This document shows positions 38,324 to 50,219 of a stretch of DNA of 64,000 nucleotides, one piece after another (the first letter of the stretch is position 1; every line of letters starts with the position of its first letter). The DNA comes from Haplodiscus bocki (Eukaryota): assembly GCA_965655095.1 (NCBI GenBank), contig OZ296651.1:36890001-36954000 (forward strand). Reading direction: 5' to 3'. The position numbers were made by a program, and so were the translations under genes. The notes beneath the pieces are model-generated. The model was not told the DNA's origin. It did not search any database and was given only the letters and a program-made list of their open reading frames with translations.

Positions 38324-39288
38324 TCAAGAGAAATGATTAATGACGGGAAGTGTAATGACGGCCAATAGTTGCAATCCTTTTTTGACGACAAAACGTTTCT
38401 TCTTTGATTCCAATTTGTTTTTTTTTAGCAATAGTAACCAAACTTCGTCTCGAAACATTACCACGTGAGTCTTTTTATGTCCTGCGAGTTTCTTTTGAGC
38501 AGATTTACTATGCATTGGCATAAAAACCGGATAAACTCTTTTGGGCAAGACTGAGTAAAGTGGCCTTTGCATTTGCGGGAAAGCGATTGGAACACATGGA
38601 GAGTAGAGAGATTTTGTGTGTTCATTGTCCAAAATCCTTAAGTGCTTTTAACGTTCGGGAATATAAAATTTCGACGGAACAGATCCACTGTTTGTGCAAT
38701 AACGTAATCTATCGTCTCTCCGCGGAGACAAATCAACCAACAAATGACCAAAAGGAACAGACGTTGCATCTCGATACCAGTTAACTAGCTCTGAACCAAG
38801 ACCCAACTGTGTGCTAAGGGTAGTTACTTGCATTAGGTCACGGGGAAACTTGAAGTGAACAATGTGAGTGTTTTGTAACTCAACGTCTCTTTCTAGTTTG
38901 CTCTGGTGAAAAAGGTTGTGTTTAATGTAGATTGTGCTCAGACCCCGATGTCTTCCAGCGGTGGCAATGTCAACAAAAGCTTTTGATTTGCAAATTTTTT
39001 CACAAGAGGCGTCAAAAATTAACAAGTAATTTGTAATTTGTACCGTTGTTTTTTAACGAATCAACAAATTCGAAGTTTACTCACTGCACAAACTCGAGAG
39101 TTTCAGTTTCCTTTCCCATAACATCCTACAGATGTTGGGAATGTTGATAAAAAAAGTAATTTTTGTCAAACTTTTTGTTCAATTGGTCCAACATTCAGCC
39201 AATTGTAAACAAACTGCGATTTTGCAGTTTCGGAAGGAACAACCAATGAAATAAAAACTAGATTTTTTGTAGAAATTAAGTTATTCAT
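38324..39288 (-). pseudogene. A32/FtsK-like genome packaging ATPase
   Basis: Degenerate Walker A VPSETAKS (GPSETGKS), Walker B LLIFDAS, ATAGRHRGLSTIYIKHNLF, PFGHLLVDLSP. Confidence 0.88.
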
Positions 39289-39593
39289 AATCTTGGTGAT
39301 GGTAGAACGTATCCTGCCCCAAACAGTTGATTCGTCACAGGTTTTTGAAAGGTGATTTCTGCAAAAGCAACCAAAGATAATCAACAAAATGACAAAAGTT
39401 GGGACAGAAACACAATCAGCGATCTGGAACAGGTTTGTCCCAAACAGGACCACGATTTCCTCTCTTGATTGTTGTCGTCAAAAAAAATTCTACCTAGGTT
39501 AATATTATCTTCCAGTTCAATGATCTGTTCCATAAGCTCAATTTCTCAAAATGAATGCTATTGAAAAAATCATGTCGAGTTGAAGGAAGTAAA

Positions 39594-40088
39594 TTAGTAG
39601 TAAACACAAATACAATAAACACGTACAAACCTTACAAATGTTGCAAAGCCCATTCTCAATACACCTTTGCTTTCCTTCTCGGCACAGTGAAACCTTGTTT
39701 TGTGTCGGAAAGGATAACTAGAGGAGATCCACGAACTGTCCGTTTTAACAAAATCTTGAATTTTAAGGCAATCATAGTCATACAAATTTTCTACATTTTG
39801 TCCGAGGAGTCTGGTTAACAGTCTACACTTTTCGAGTCCTTTAGCAAACACTTCTGCATTCATTACCTTTATGTCATAAAAGACAGCAAACAACTTGACA
39901 TAATCCAGCTTTCCACTACTTCACGCAATTCCTTGTAGATGACTTATAATCCATATTGTCTGTTTATTAGGTTTAAAAGTCTTTGGCGGACACAATGAAA
40001 TTCCTTGCAGAAAACCATCAATAAAAAGTCCCAGTTCCCTAATTATGTTTTTCTCAGTTAGCTCTATATCTACTAAAATCAAAGACAT
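39594..40088 (-). pseudogene. Possible DEDD-type exonuclease-like accessory protein
   Basis: N-terminal LVDIE..IIRELGLF, HLQGI.W..G, AKGLEK and C-terminal HCA resemble DEDD ExoI and downstream motifs. Confidence 0.45.
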
Positions 40089-41269
40089 ACTGATTCAAAA
40101 GTCAACAGAATTGAAAATGGAGGGTGCAAAGAATTTTACGTAAAGACAGAATAGTAGCCCAGTCACATGACCAAGCAAGCAAGTGTTTGGTCCTCGCCCA
40201 ATCATAAAACAGTAGCCAAGTCCTTAGCCAGTTTGTGATCGAACAGCTCCAGCAGCATCATGCAATATTGCAAGTAGTCTAAAAACTTTCGAGTAACATG
40301 ATATAGAGTCCAAATAAAATTTTCCATAACCAATTTTTGTCTTCCCTCTTGAACACCTTTAGTTTAATATCCAAAAAGTTGGAGTCATTTTTGGACCAAG
40401 AAAATTGTCCGAATCTTTCTTGACGCTTGCCAAAGTCCACATAGTTGGTGCAAGACAGTTTATCCAAGGTTGCTGTAGTATTGTAGGCCATGGGTGAACG
40501 ACATAGAATGCTGGTTGTTGAAAGAAGTGATTCATTTTTGTGAATGAAAGCTAAAGAATGATTTTGGAGCTGCATTTCGTTACTTATATACGCACCGTTT
40601 TTATTCATTGTCACGTGACATTCCATAAAAGGAGATTCTTTCCATTTCTGGTCATTGTCACATGACATTTCCATATATGGAACCTCTTTCTTTTTTTGGT
40701 AGGTTTGTACATAAAGTAATAGAATCTTCTTTTTTTTCAGACTCATTTTGTCAATTTTCATAGCAGCATTCAGATAGCAGCCATTATGTTACAAACGATC
40801 ACCAGCTTTTACACAAAACTCTCTGAAAAAATTCTTTTCTGCAAATACAAGTGGAAAATATATTGTTTGTAAAGACTACTGCATCGCCCATCACGACGAT
40901 ACGACGTGTTTTTTACCCGCTTGTAAATATGATATTATACTACTTGGAAAGGTTGAAGAGCTACTAAAGACGTTGGATACATTTTGCTTCACCTATCAAC
41001 CCGTGGTTGTCTGTATACACTATTCAAGTATCGATTCAGTGCAAAAGTTATTGCAAAGAGTGGACAAGTGTTTCATAACGTGCAGCAAGCAGTTGACTTT
41101 AACCAGAGAAACAAGGGAGTGGACAGAGTGCCGAGCATTGCAAAGAAGAGCCTCTTGCCGAAAGAGTTCAAAAACACTTGTTCAGCTCCTTTCAGAAGAC
41201 AAAAACAACGCAGACCAGCGGATCAGTGTTTGCAGAAAGAATTGAACAAGTCAAAAGACTAAATTCGAG

Positions 41270-41566
41270 TTAGAACTGATAAAAATTGTACATTGTTTTC
41301 TCGATGGTCTGGGTAATTATGATAGTAATATAACATCTCGTAAAAATAAACTGACCAATTTCTGAAATCCAAAGGGATTTGTTTGAATCAATCGGTAGTG
41401 CAAATGATATAGTCATCATACTCATCAGGAACCCAATTGCCATAAAGAAGGCAATAACCAAAAAGATAGTACCAAACGTGGGACAAACACATGCCACACA
41501 TAAGAAATCTTTTAACCCCAAGCCATCGTCATTTTCCAACAAGTTGCTTTTTGATTTTGGTAGCAC
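41270..41566 (-). CDS. Small membrane protein (Polinton accessory)
   Basis: Long hydrophobic stretch FLCVACVCPTFGTIFLVIAFFMAIGFLMSMMTISF. Confidence 0.4.
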   Translation of the reverse strand: MLPKSKSNLLENDDGLGLKDFLCVACVCPTFGTIFLVIAFFMAIGFLMSMMTISFALPIDSNKSLWISEIGQFIFTRCYITIIITQTIEKTMYNFYQF

Positions 41567-41599
41567 TTTGATAATATTTCAACGAGAATCTGAAACGAT

Positions 41600-42170
41600 G
41601 GTTTGAAAAGCAGATTTTGAATAAAAAAATTTTCAACGCGTCAGATTTTGAATGAAAGTTTTTACAACGCGTCAAATTTTGAATTAGAAATTTTACAACG
41701 CGTCAGATTTTGAAGATAATTAATTTTTAAAAAAGCATGACCTTGAAAAAAAATATATTTTTAAAAAGCACGATTTTGAAGAAAATATTCTTTTTAAGAA
41801 GCAGGTTTCGAAAAAAATTTTGCACACAAGAAATCACGTTTTGGTTCAGTTTACCCCGTAAAATGCGCGCAAATTTTGCCATTTACGCGCAATTTTGATA
41901 AGCACCGTTTCAGAAGGAAAAAGTTTTTCAAAAAAGCATGATTTTGATAGTAAAATTTCTTCTAAAAAGCAAGATTTTGAATGAAAACGTTTTTGTAAAA
42001 AGCACAATTTTGAATTAAATTTTTTTCGTCTTGTCAGATTTTGAATTAAGAGTTTTTCGTTTTGTCACCTTTTGAATGGAAATTTGTACAACGTTTCAGA
42101 TTTTAAATCAACTTTTCACAATGTGTAAGCTTTGCTATCGAAAATTTTACGCGTCAGATTTGAAAGAGGA
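41600..42170. repeat. Short-motif array inside the Polinton
   Basis: CAACGCGTCAGATTTTGAA variants (~41633, 41665, 41696, 42088, 42149) interleaved with AAAAGCA(T/C)GATTTTGA variants. Confidence 0.7.
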
Positions 42171-42185
42171 ACAATTTACCAAAGT

Positions 42186-42440
42186 TCACCACATGTACTT
42201 CTCAAATCGTTTTCCTCCGTATAACCATGTACAGTTAAAGGCTACAATATCTTCATCAACTAGATAACAGCATTCGCCACCGTTCAAAAAATATTTCTTG
42301 TACTCTTTTTCGCATGGACTTTCACTTTTGATTCCGCTTTGGTCTCCGACTTTCTTCTCTGAATTTACTTGATTTATGCAAAAACCAGTTGCTGCTAATA
42401 TTGAAACTGCAACAGGTAATACATTTTTAATCTCACACAT
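42186..42440 (-). pseudogene. EGF-family growth-factor-like protein (hydrophobic N-terminus + one EGF module; 3 Cys mutated)
   Basis: C-x7-[F]-LNGGE-C-x10-[F]-N-C-TWLYGGKR-[F] has EGFR-ligand spacing CX7CX5CX10CXCX8C; each F is a TTT codon, one base from TGT. Confidence 0.8.
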
Positions 42441-42523
42441 GTCTGACTAGTTCTTGAAAAAAAGATATGATAAAATGAAACACGGTAATTATAATTTATA
42501 TCAAAACACAAACACGGTAATAC

Positions 42524-43175
42524 TTATCGAAACAATTTTTTAAAAACATAATCGGGTACATTTTCTATTCCTGCTCCAAAAGTGCAACTTTTCTGCAACC
42601 TGGGAGGTTCCGTGGGTCCGACAGACTTGGGTGTTGATGGACGAGCATTTTCCTTCTCTTCTTTTTTGTCCAACACAATGGTTTTTTCAAACTGATGATC
42701 TCTCCATCGATAAATCGTCAAATGTAGTTGGAGAAAAGGGGGTGTCTACGCCTGGTCTGAACACTGCGTCCATGTCGAATTGTGAATTTTCCCTGTTGAA
42801 CTCTATGTCTTCCAGATTGAATACTTGATAGCTGCTAGTGTCCAAATCTTGATCCCCCACACTGGAGAGTACTTTCTCTCTCTTCTCCATTGGTCCCTCT
42901 TGGTTCTGAGTGATTGGCATTCGTGACAGAGGATTATCCAAGAAATCTTGCTTTTGAGACATCGGCAATTGCCAGGCAGCTAGAGGTATTTTTTGTGAGG
43001 TGATTGTTTTATTTTGAACGAGATCAATTACTGCAATATTAACAGAGTCGGGAGCAAAATTGAGAGTCCACTGGATTCCGTCGTTGGAGACTGAGAAAAT
43101 CATGTTGCTTTCAGGTAGACTGAAAGTGTATAAAAAGATAATGTAAACGAAGTTTTGGTTAAATGTATCAACCAA
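42524..43175 (-). pseudogene. Polinton accessory ORF, unknown (frameshifted)
   Basis: ORFs 42687-43175 and 42524-42721 overlap and appear to be one gene with a low-complexity acidic/Pro-rich C-terminus. Confidence 0.4.
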
Positions 43176-43191
43176 TGAGGTGTCGACACGA

Positions 43192-44109
43192 TTATGCCAT
43201 AAATGGAATAACTTCTACCTTTTTTGGTTCAGGTTCGGATGTGCTTGGTTGTGATTGACGGAAAAATTTCTTCAAAAATGGAGATGGCTTTTTATTTTCG
43301 TAGTCGCGGCTCAGCTTTCTTGCAAGACAATGTGTACCACCACCACCAAACAACATAAGTGTCGGTTTCTGGCCCTTGAAAGGAATATTCAAAACATGGC
43401 AGCAAGCTGTGCACTTTTTACATTTGTAGAAACTAGTCGTTTTATTGGATGAAAAGTAAACACACTTTTCAGTTCTACATGTTGGACAATACACATCTCC
43501 AATAATCTGTTGTACTTTGTTGTCCAGACACAATTGTTTCTTTCTAAATTTGTTTGATTGAAATGGGACATTAGGTATCAATGGTCTGTTGGGTACCAAG
43601 TTCCTCTTTTTTTACCAAAGAAAAAGCGTGTTTTGTCTGCTTTTGTCGTCTTTATGTGCTCCTGTAATATAGAAGGAACTTTGTGAACAACCAGGCTCCA
43701 CACATTCCATAACCATAAATGAATCTCGGAGTTGTTACGTAACCGTCAAGAGATTCGCATTTCTTCAACTTGCCATGACAATACACATCTCCCATAACAT
43801 CTTGAATTGATTTTGGAGTCTTTTGAAAAATATAAACCACTTGACCAAGCAACAAGGAAAAGGAAATTGTTTGATCTTCAAAAGGAACATTGCGCACCTG
43901 ACACACAGATGCGCATTGCGGCATTGAGAATCGTTTCTGCCCAGAGATTGAAAAGTCTTTTTCTGCAGGCAAAGTTTGCCCGAACACTTTGTAATTGGAC
44001 AATACACGTCCCCAAAGAGAATAATAGTGATATTGTCATACCAATAATCAGGAGTGATTGCGCTACACATCGTAATTGCTCTCAAAAATGTCACACCTGA
44101 AAGCAACAA
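43192..44109 (-). pseudogene. Cys-rich repeated Zn-ribbon-like ORF(s) with GDVYC motif
   Basis: FGDVYCPITKC, MGDVYCHG..C and IGDVYCPTC..C..CKKC..C occur three times. Confidence 0.55.
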
Positions 44110-44695
44110 AAAATCGATTCTTGTAGAGATGTTTGATTTCAGGGTAACTCAGGTTGACAACTTCTGTGAGAATGACTTTATCACCGTGATGTTCAAACTT
44201 TTTGACCGAAAAGACGCAAAGATTGTTCATTTCAAACCGGAACAATATTCGAATTTGTCTGTTCAAATGCTCAACTATATCCTTGTAACAATGACTGAAC
44301 AGTTCGTATTTTGCTTTTGTAAATCCAATCTCAAATTTATGTGTGGGTAATGGAATCTGCGATACTTTGTTGGCTTGATGAGAAGCTTTGAGAAATTCAC
44401 CCAAAGTGTCGAGTAGAGACTCAAGTTCCCTTTCGCAAATGCTGGCTTCTTCCCTGAGAAAAAATCGCTGCTGTATCTTTGAATCGCAAAATTGAAACAA
44501 TTTCAATGCAAAAGATTTTTTCTTGGAACCTTTGCCTTTGCCAACTCGAACTATTCGGTGGTGTTACTGTAAAATGTCCAAAATGTTGTGATAAAAACAA
44601 CTATAAATGTTCGTTTTGTCCAAAAAATCTTCTGGTATTTCTTTGTATACTGAATAAAGTTTGCACAACCAGGAAATTCGTTTTTTGGTAGACAT
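44063..44695 (-). pseudogene. Polinton accessory ORF, unknown
   Basis: 147-aa open stretch plus a frameshifted upstream part; first gene of the leftward gene block. Confidence 0.4.
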
Positions 44696-44844
44696 TAACT
44701 ACTTACAAATGGGAACAGATTGTAAAATGAATTAAAAAGTAGTGTAGTGGTAAAAAAAAATGATCACTTTGATGGTGAATACTAGAATTTTCTAGAATAA
44801 ACCAATAAACAGTCATAAAGTTTTTAACCACTGCGCTAATTGTG

Positions 44845-45232
44845 CGTATATATAAAAACAAAAGGTATTCCTTTTATGGTTTGGATTGACACTTGATAAA
44901 AAGATATTTTTGTTCCACCTGATTACTTTTCGCAGTCAGAGCGTCTACTCGTCAGGGGAATTTGTTCCGTTTGGTTAAATTTCTCAGCCAAACTGTCTAC
45001 TTATCAGGGGGAATTGTTTCACTTGAGTAAATTTCTCAGACAGTCTGTCTACTTATCGAGGTACTTGTTTACTTTTCTCAGACAAACTGTCCACTTGTCG
45101 GGTGATTCAAGCTTACTTAATAACGTTGTCAGATGTTACGACTAAACATGAAAGGAGTGATTGACAGCTCCTTTTATGGTTGGCATTTCCTTTTATGGGA
45201 GGTACTTCCTTTTATGGTCTGTCTATATATGA
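44845..45232. promoter_or_regulatory. Putative divergent promoter with four CArG boxes, TATA-like elements and four ~50-bp repeats
   Basis: CCTTTTATGG at 44870, 45170, 45189 and 45208; TATATA at ~44847 and 45224; TTTCTCAG.CA..CTGTCTACTT.TC repeats at 44928-45102; lies between oppositely oriented gene blocks. Confidence 0.6.
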
Positions 45233-45346
45233 TAAAATAGATTAACGTATAGTGTACTCGGTTATCTCCATTTTTCTTTTCCATTGGTACAATCAAGTTG
45301 CTAAAATTGTTACGACAAGTTTCAGATTATTCTGCTTATTACAAAA

Positions 45347-48300
45347 ATGCCTTCCTTTATACGAAAAAAAAAAGTTGCTTGTGAACATTGTGGAACCCAA
45401 GTTACAAGAAACAATATTGTACGCCACGAAAAGAGATGCTAAGCTGGAGCATTATTTTGTACCCAATACCCCAACTTTTCAACCTTGTACCGGGATGATT
45501 TGAATTATCATACAGCCAAGAAACTTAATGTTTCAAGACCTTCATTAACATACAAGTTCATACTATGTCATGCAGAATTTCCCGGCTTTTATGCTCTACG
45601 TCAACACAAAAACACTAAACATGGAACACAAAATGTATTCGGAGCGAACAATAATGATGTGGGGGACATAGCGGGAGATGTTGAAAGTTTGAGAGAAGAA
45701 TTGGAATCTTGCAAACACTTTTTGACAGATACTGAATAGGAGAATGTAAGACACAGAGTCTTCAACTTTGCCACGTCATCCTTCGACATTCCATTGTTCA
45801 ACGATAAACTGGATTATATATTAAACGAACTAAAATGTGCTGCAAAAGTCAACTTTGCATTTGATTTCGTTCTGAAAAACATTGATGATGCCATGTGTAG
45901 ATACATGTACGCTCACGAGAACAATAATATTGTGGAAATATCTAAACTTGTGTGCACACAAACTGATACGACCAACTTGAAAGACAGAATGCAAAAAAAA
46001 GAACATTGTTGATAATTGTACCCAAGAAAGAGCCAATACAAAGTGGAAAGTTTACAAACTTACAAATTTAACATTTTTTCTTCTTTACTCAAAGATGTAC
46101 CCATGGGCTGTAAAGATACAGTCTTACCTTAACCACTTCTGAGAAACCATAATGTGAATTGTCCTACTTTTGAGAGAAATACAATAAAACCCTACAATGA
46201 TTTTCTCTGTTTGTTTAGAGCATTAGCTCTACAATTGCACGGTAACAGAAAATTAGAGGAGGAGACGTCGAGAATTTTCAACCTTTTCCTCAAAAACAGT
46301 GAGGAAAGAGAGGTCTCAAAATTCCAAGGTGTTCATTTGAATGACATTCGAAAAGTTGAAGACTTGTTGCAACTCAATATCCTCCTTTAGGACATTGATT
46401 TTGTAGATGGAGAGCTGATTGGTGAGCTCCGTCGAAGAAGTATTCAAAAGTATGAAAAAAGTGTCCAGCTCTTACGCTACAACAATCACATTTGCTACAG
46501 CAACAACATCAACGCATTGTTCAAAGCGTTCCGGTGTACTACGTGTGATACATTTTTCTCAAAGATGGGGCATTTGGATCGACATTTGGTTACCTGTAGT
46601 GATCGTGTTAAACATTTTTACGCAAAGAATGTTTACGAACTGTGAGAAACGCTTGTTGAAAAGTTGGATGCATTGAATATCCCATATAGAAATGAGCAAA
46701 AACTGTTCAAGAATTTGGCAATAAATGACTTTGAATCCATTTGTGTCAAGGAAACAAACTCATTCAAGCAAACTGAGACTACAACTTGGGTCAGGAAGCA
46801 TGTGCCCACATCAGTTTGTATCTCGTCAAACTTGATCCCGGAGCCCATTTTTCTCAACAAAGCCAATCCTCATCATCTCATCTCGTCTTTTATCACTGCT
46901 CTCGAAGATTTAGCAACACAAAGCTCAGATGAAATTAAATTTTATTGGAGTAGAGCCTGCAATCAAGATAAAACTGTGTGCTATACTGGAACAACTCAAC
47001 CAAAGACGCAACCCAGTGGAAAGGGTGTCAATATTTGTAGATGATTGTATCGTTGAGGAGGAGGAAAAGGATTTATCTACACAATTCCTGGAACTGCAAA
47101 AGAATCAATTAATTGACTTACAGGAGCATTTTGAGTGTTACTCCAACGTTTTACCATTCTTTGGATTCAACAGCGCAAAATACGATATTAAACTGATCAA
47201 ATCGTATTTGTTACCAATTCTTGTAAAAGAGCGAGATATTGAACCGACAGTTATGAACAAAGCTGATCAGTTTGCTTCTTTCAAGGTTGGAGACATTCAA
47301 TTACTTGACATTATGAATTTCCTCGGTGGTGCCACCAGTCTTGACTCTTTCCTCAAAGCTTACAAGACCAAAGGGACAAAAGGTTTCATTCCGTACGAAC
47401 GGTTCGATGGCCCAGAGAAATTGAAGGAATTCATAGCTTCCTCCCTATGACTCCTTTTTTAGCATTAAGCGCAAAAACAACCCCATGGAAAAAGGTTGCA
47501 ACGACTTTCAAAACCTTGTTAACAATGGTTTAACAACAGAGCAAGCAGTAGCCAAGTTACGATTGGATAGAATACCTCCGACTGGTGCTGAAAATTATTC
47601 GTATTTGCAAAGCGCCCGGGAGAATAAAAAACTGCAATTTTTTTCAGTTTTCCTCAAGTGGTATAACAATGAAGATGTTGTTTCGACACTAGAGGCAATG
47701 CAAAAATTGACTGAGTTTGACCACAACAACGGAATTGATATGCTAAAGCTTGAATGTACACTACATAATTTAGCCAATATTTGTTTGCATAAATCGACAG
47801 ATTCAAAATTTTATCCCTTCACAGACTCTGATAAAGCTTTGCTTGAGAAGATACGAGAAGATATGGTTGGCGGTCCTTCTATTGTCTGTACACGTAAAGC
47901 TGTAGTGGATGAAACCTTTATACGCAAATCACCAAACTTGTGCAAATCAATTCTTGGTATCGATGCTATTCAGCTTTATTCCTACTCAATATGCCAACCA
48001 ACGCCTACTGGATTTTATAGGTGATGGGAGTACGTTTCTGAAACTAAGACATTCACAGCTTGCCAAAACAAATCTCGCTCCCTTTAGAATATGGTTCTGT
48101 CATACTTTCGACAAAGTCAACCAGATTGCAAAATTGAGAGTAATGTTACTACTGGTAGACAAAAGAAAATTGATTGCTTCAAGGTAGATGGAATTTGTTA
48201 TCATTGTAACACTGTCTTTGAAGCAATGGGTTGTTATTTCCACTACTGTCCATGTCAAGAAGCTCGCCCATCATTGACTGACAACGAAACTATGAGAGGG

Positions 48301-49517
48301 ATATAAAAGAGAGAACAAGACCAAATGCGCAAAGAATATATCCAACAAGAAGGACACAAAATTAATGAAAGGTGGGAGTGCAATTGGTGGGAATTATACC
48401 GAGTTTATGCACCAGTCGAAAGTTATCTTCGAGCAAATTTCCCCTATAAACGTCCTCTCATCGAAGAAAAACTCTTGCAAGGACTTATCAATGGGCAACT
48501 CTTTGGTTATGTCCAATGTGATATTGAAGTGCCTGAACACCTGCGCGACTACTTTTGCAACTTTCCACCAATTTTCGAAAACACTGTTGTAAGTAGAAAC
48601 GATATCGGAGATTTGATGAAAGAATATGCAGAAAAAGAATGGATTATGCCACAACCAAGAAGAATGCTCATATCGAGCTTTATTCTAACAAATGGCACCA
48701 TCATAACTCCTTTGCTTTTATTCTATTTGAACTTGGCCTAGTTTGTAAGAAGATTCACCGGTTTGTTCAATACAGTCCCAAAAAATGTTTTGACAATTTT
48801 GTGCAGTCTGCCGTGGATGCACGACGACAAAGTCTTGAGAATACAAATTCCAGTGTTGTTGCCCAGACTATGTAACTACTAGCTAACAGTTTTTATGAGT
48901 ATCAGATCATGAATCGCAGTCGACACACAGTGACAGAGTATCTGACCGATGGAAAAACCCACAGTGCAATTAATAGTAAAACGTTCAAGCGGTTTAATCA
49001 CATGACTGATCTTTACTTAGTCTTGTACGAAAAAAAATTGGAAGATGTTATTCTTCCCAAAAAACGAGCGGAATGGGACCAGTTACGTTCTAAAGATTGC
49101 ACTGATAACTTTACTGCGAATGCTACCGACAATATTTTCCCCAGCACTTGCTGTAATGTCCACAAGAAACATGATAAGAGAGAGCCGGATCTCTTCAAAG
49201 AGGAGCGTAAATGTGCAGAAATGTTGTGTCTCTGTAGCAAAACATATTGTTGTGATGATAAACAGATTAACAAGCACAACTTTAGCAGCAAAGGACTCAA
49301 TAAAAGAACAATAGAAAAGTGTGGCGATGGTGGACCAATGTCAAAATATCGCAAATTCTTAGAAGAGGCAGTCAACGTTACTTCAACCAATCGAATATTT
49401 CGAACGATTCAGCATAGTGTTGCTACGTATGAACAAGCAAAGAAAAGACTCTCTTACCTTTATCTGAAAAAGTTAGTAGAAGAAGATGCAATACACACAA
49501 AACCCTTACATTTGTAA
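45347..49517 (+). pseudogene. Protein-primed family B DNA polymerase (pPolB) with N-terminal zinc fingers
   Basis: NDFES (ExoI), FFGFNSAKYD (ExoII), YNNEDV (ExoIII), VGGPS, IDAIQLY (motif A), LLANSFY (motif B), SKTY, SSKG. Motif C (DTDS) deleted; many stops. Confidence 0.93.
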
Positions 49518-49536
49518 GTTCTGATTGTAGTTGTAG

Positions 49537-50219
49537 TTGTTTGTTCATTTTCATACATTCTAATTATATTTTTCAAACTATTGCACAATCTTTTTAAATA
49601 GCGTTAAGTCATATCAGTGTCCGCACGCGTAATAAAATATCCGCAGGCGTAAAAATTATTAAGGAGCGTCAGCGGACGGCAGCACGGGCGGGCCTGCAAG
49701 AAAAAACAGTTCAGAAAAACCTTTTTCGGAATAGTCTCACAATACCGAAAATTGCCTCACAGTACCGAAAGTCCATATAATTATACATTGAGACGAACTA
49801 TAGCCCATGCATTACCGAATGCTATTGCCTATCTTAATACATGCATCGCCTATCTTAATACATTGAGTCTTCTTTCGGCTCCATATCTTAATACATGCAC
49901 TGCCTATCTTAATACATTGAGTCGGCTTTCGACTCCCGGCTCCATATCTTAATACATTGAACCGACACGAAAGGTCTCGACAGCTAATCACAATCGAACA
50001 CCCTCGGCAGCCAATCAGAATCGAGTATTTCGTCACCCGAGTCGTCAGCTAATAAGAATCGAGCATTACGTCACCCGAGTTGTCACCCCAGAGCTCTCGG
50101 CGCCTGGAGGTCTCTTTCCGGCTCTCGGCTCGAGTCGGCTCGCTATAGCCTATCTTAATACATGGGAACAAACATCCTCCTCCCCCCCCCCTACTTGATC
50201 AGCTCACACTCTTACTACT
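49537..50219 (-). repeat. Polinton right TIR
   Basis: Ends CTCACACTCTTACTACT; inverted homology to 33542-34070, with an extra TATCTTAATACAT array. Confidence 0.85.

Larger units (their letters stand above)
33542..50219. mobile_element. Polinton/Maverick (adintovirus-like) endogenous DNA virus, decayed
   Basis: Termini AGTAGTA...TACTACT; ~530-680-bp imperfect TIRs; remnants of pPolB, rve integrase, ATPase, major and minor capsid, and adenain-like protease. Confidence 0.93.
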
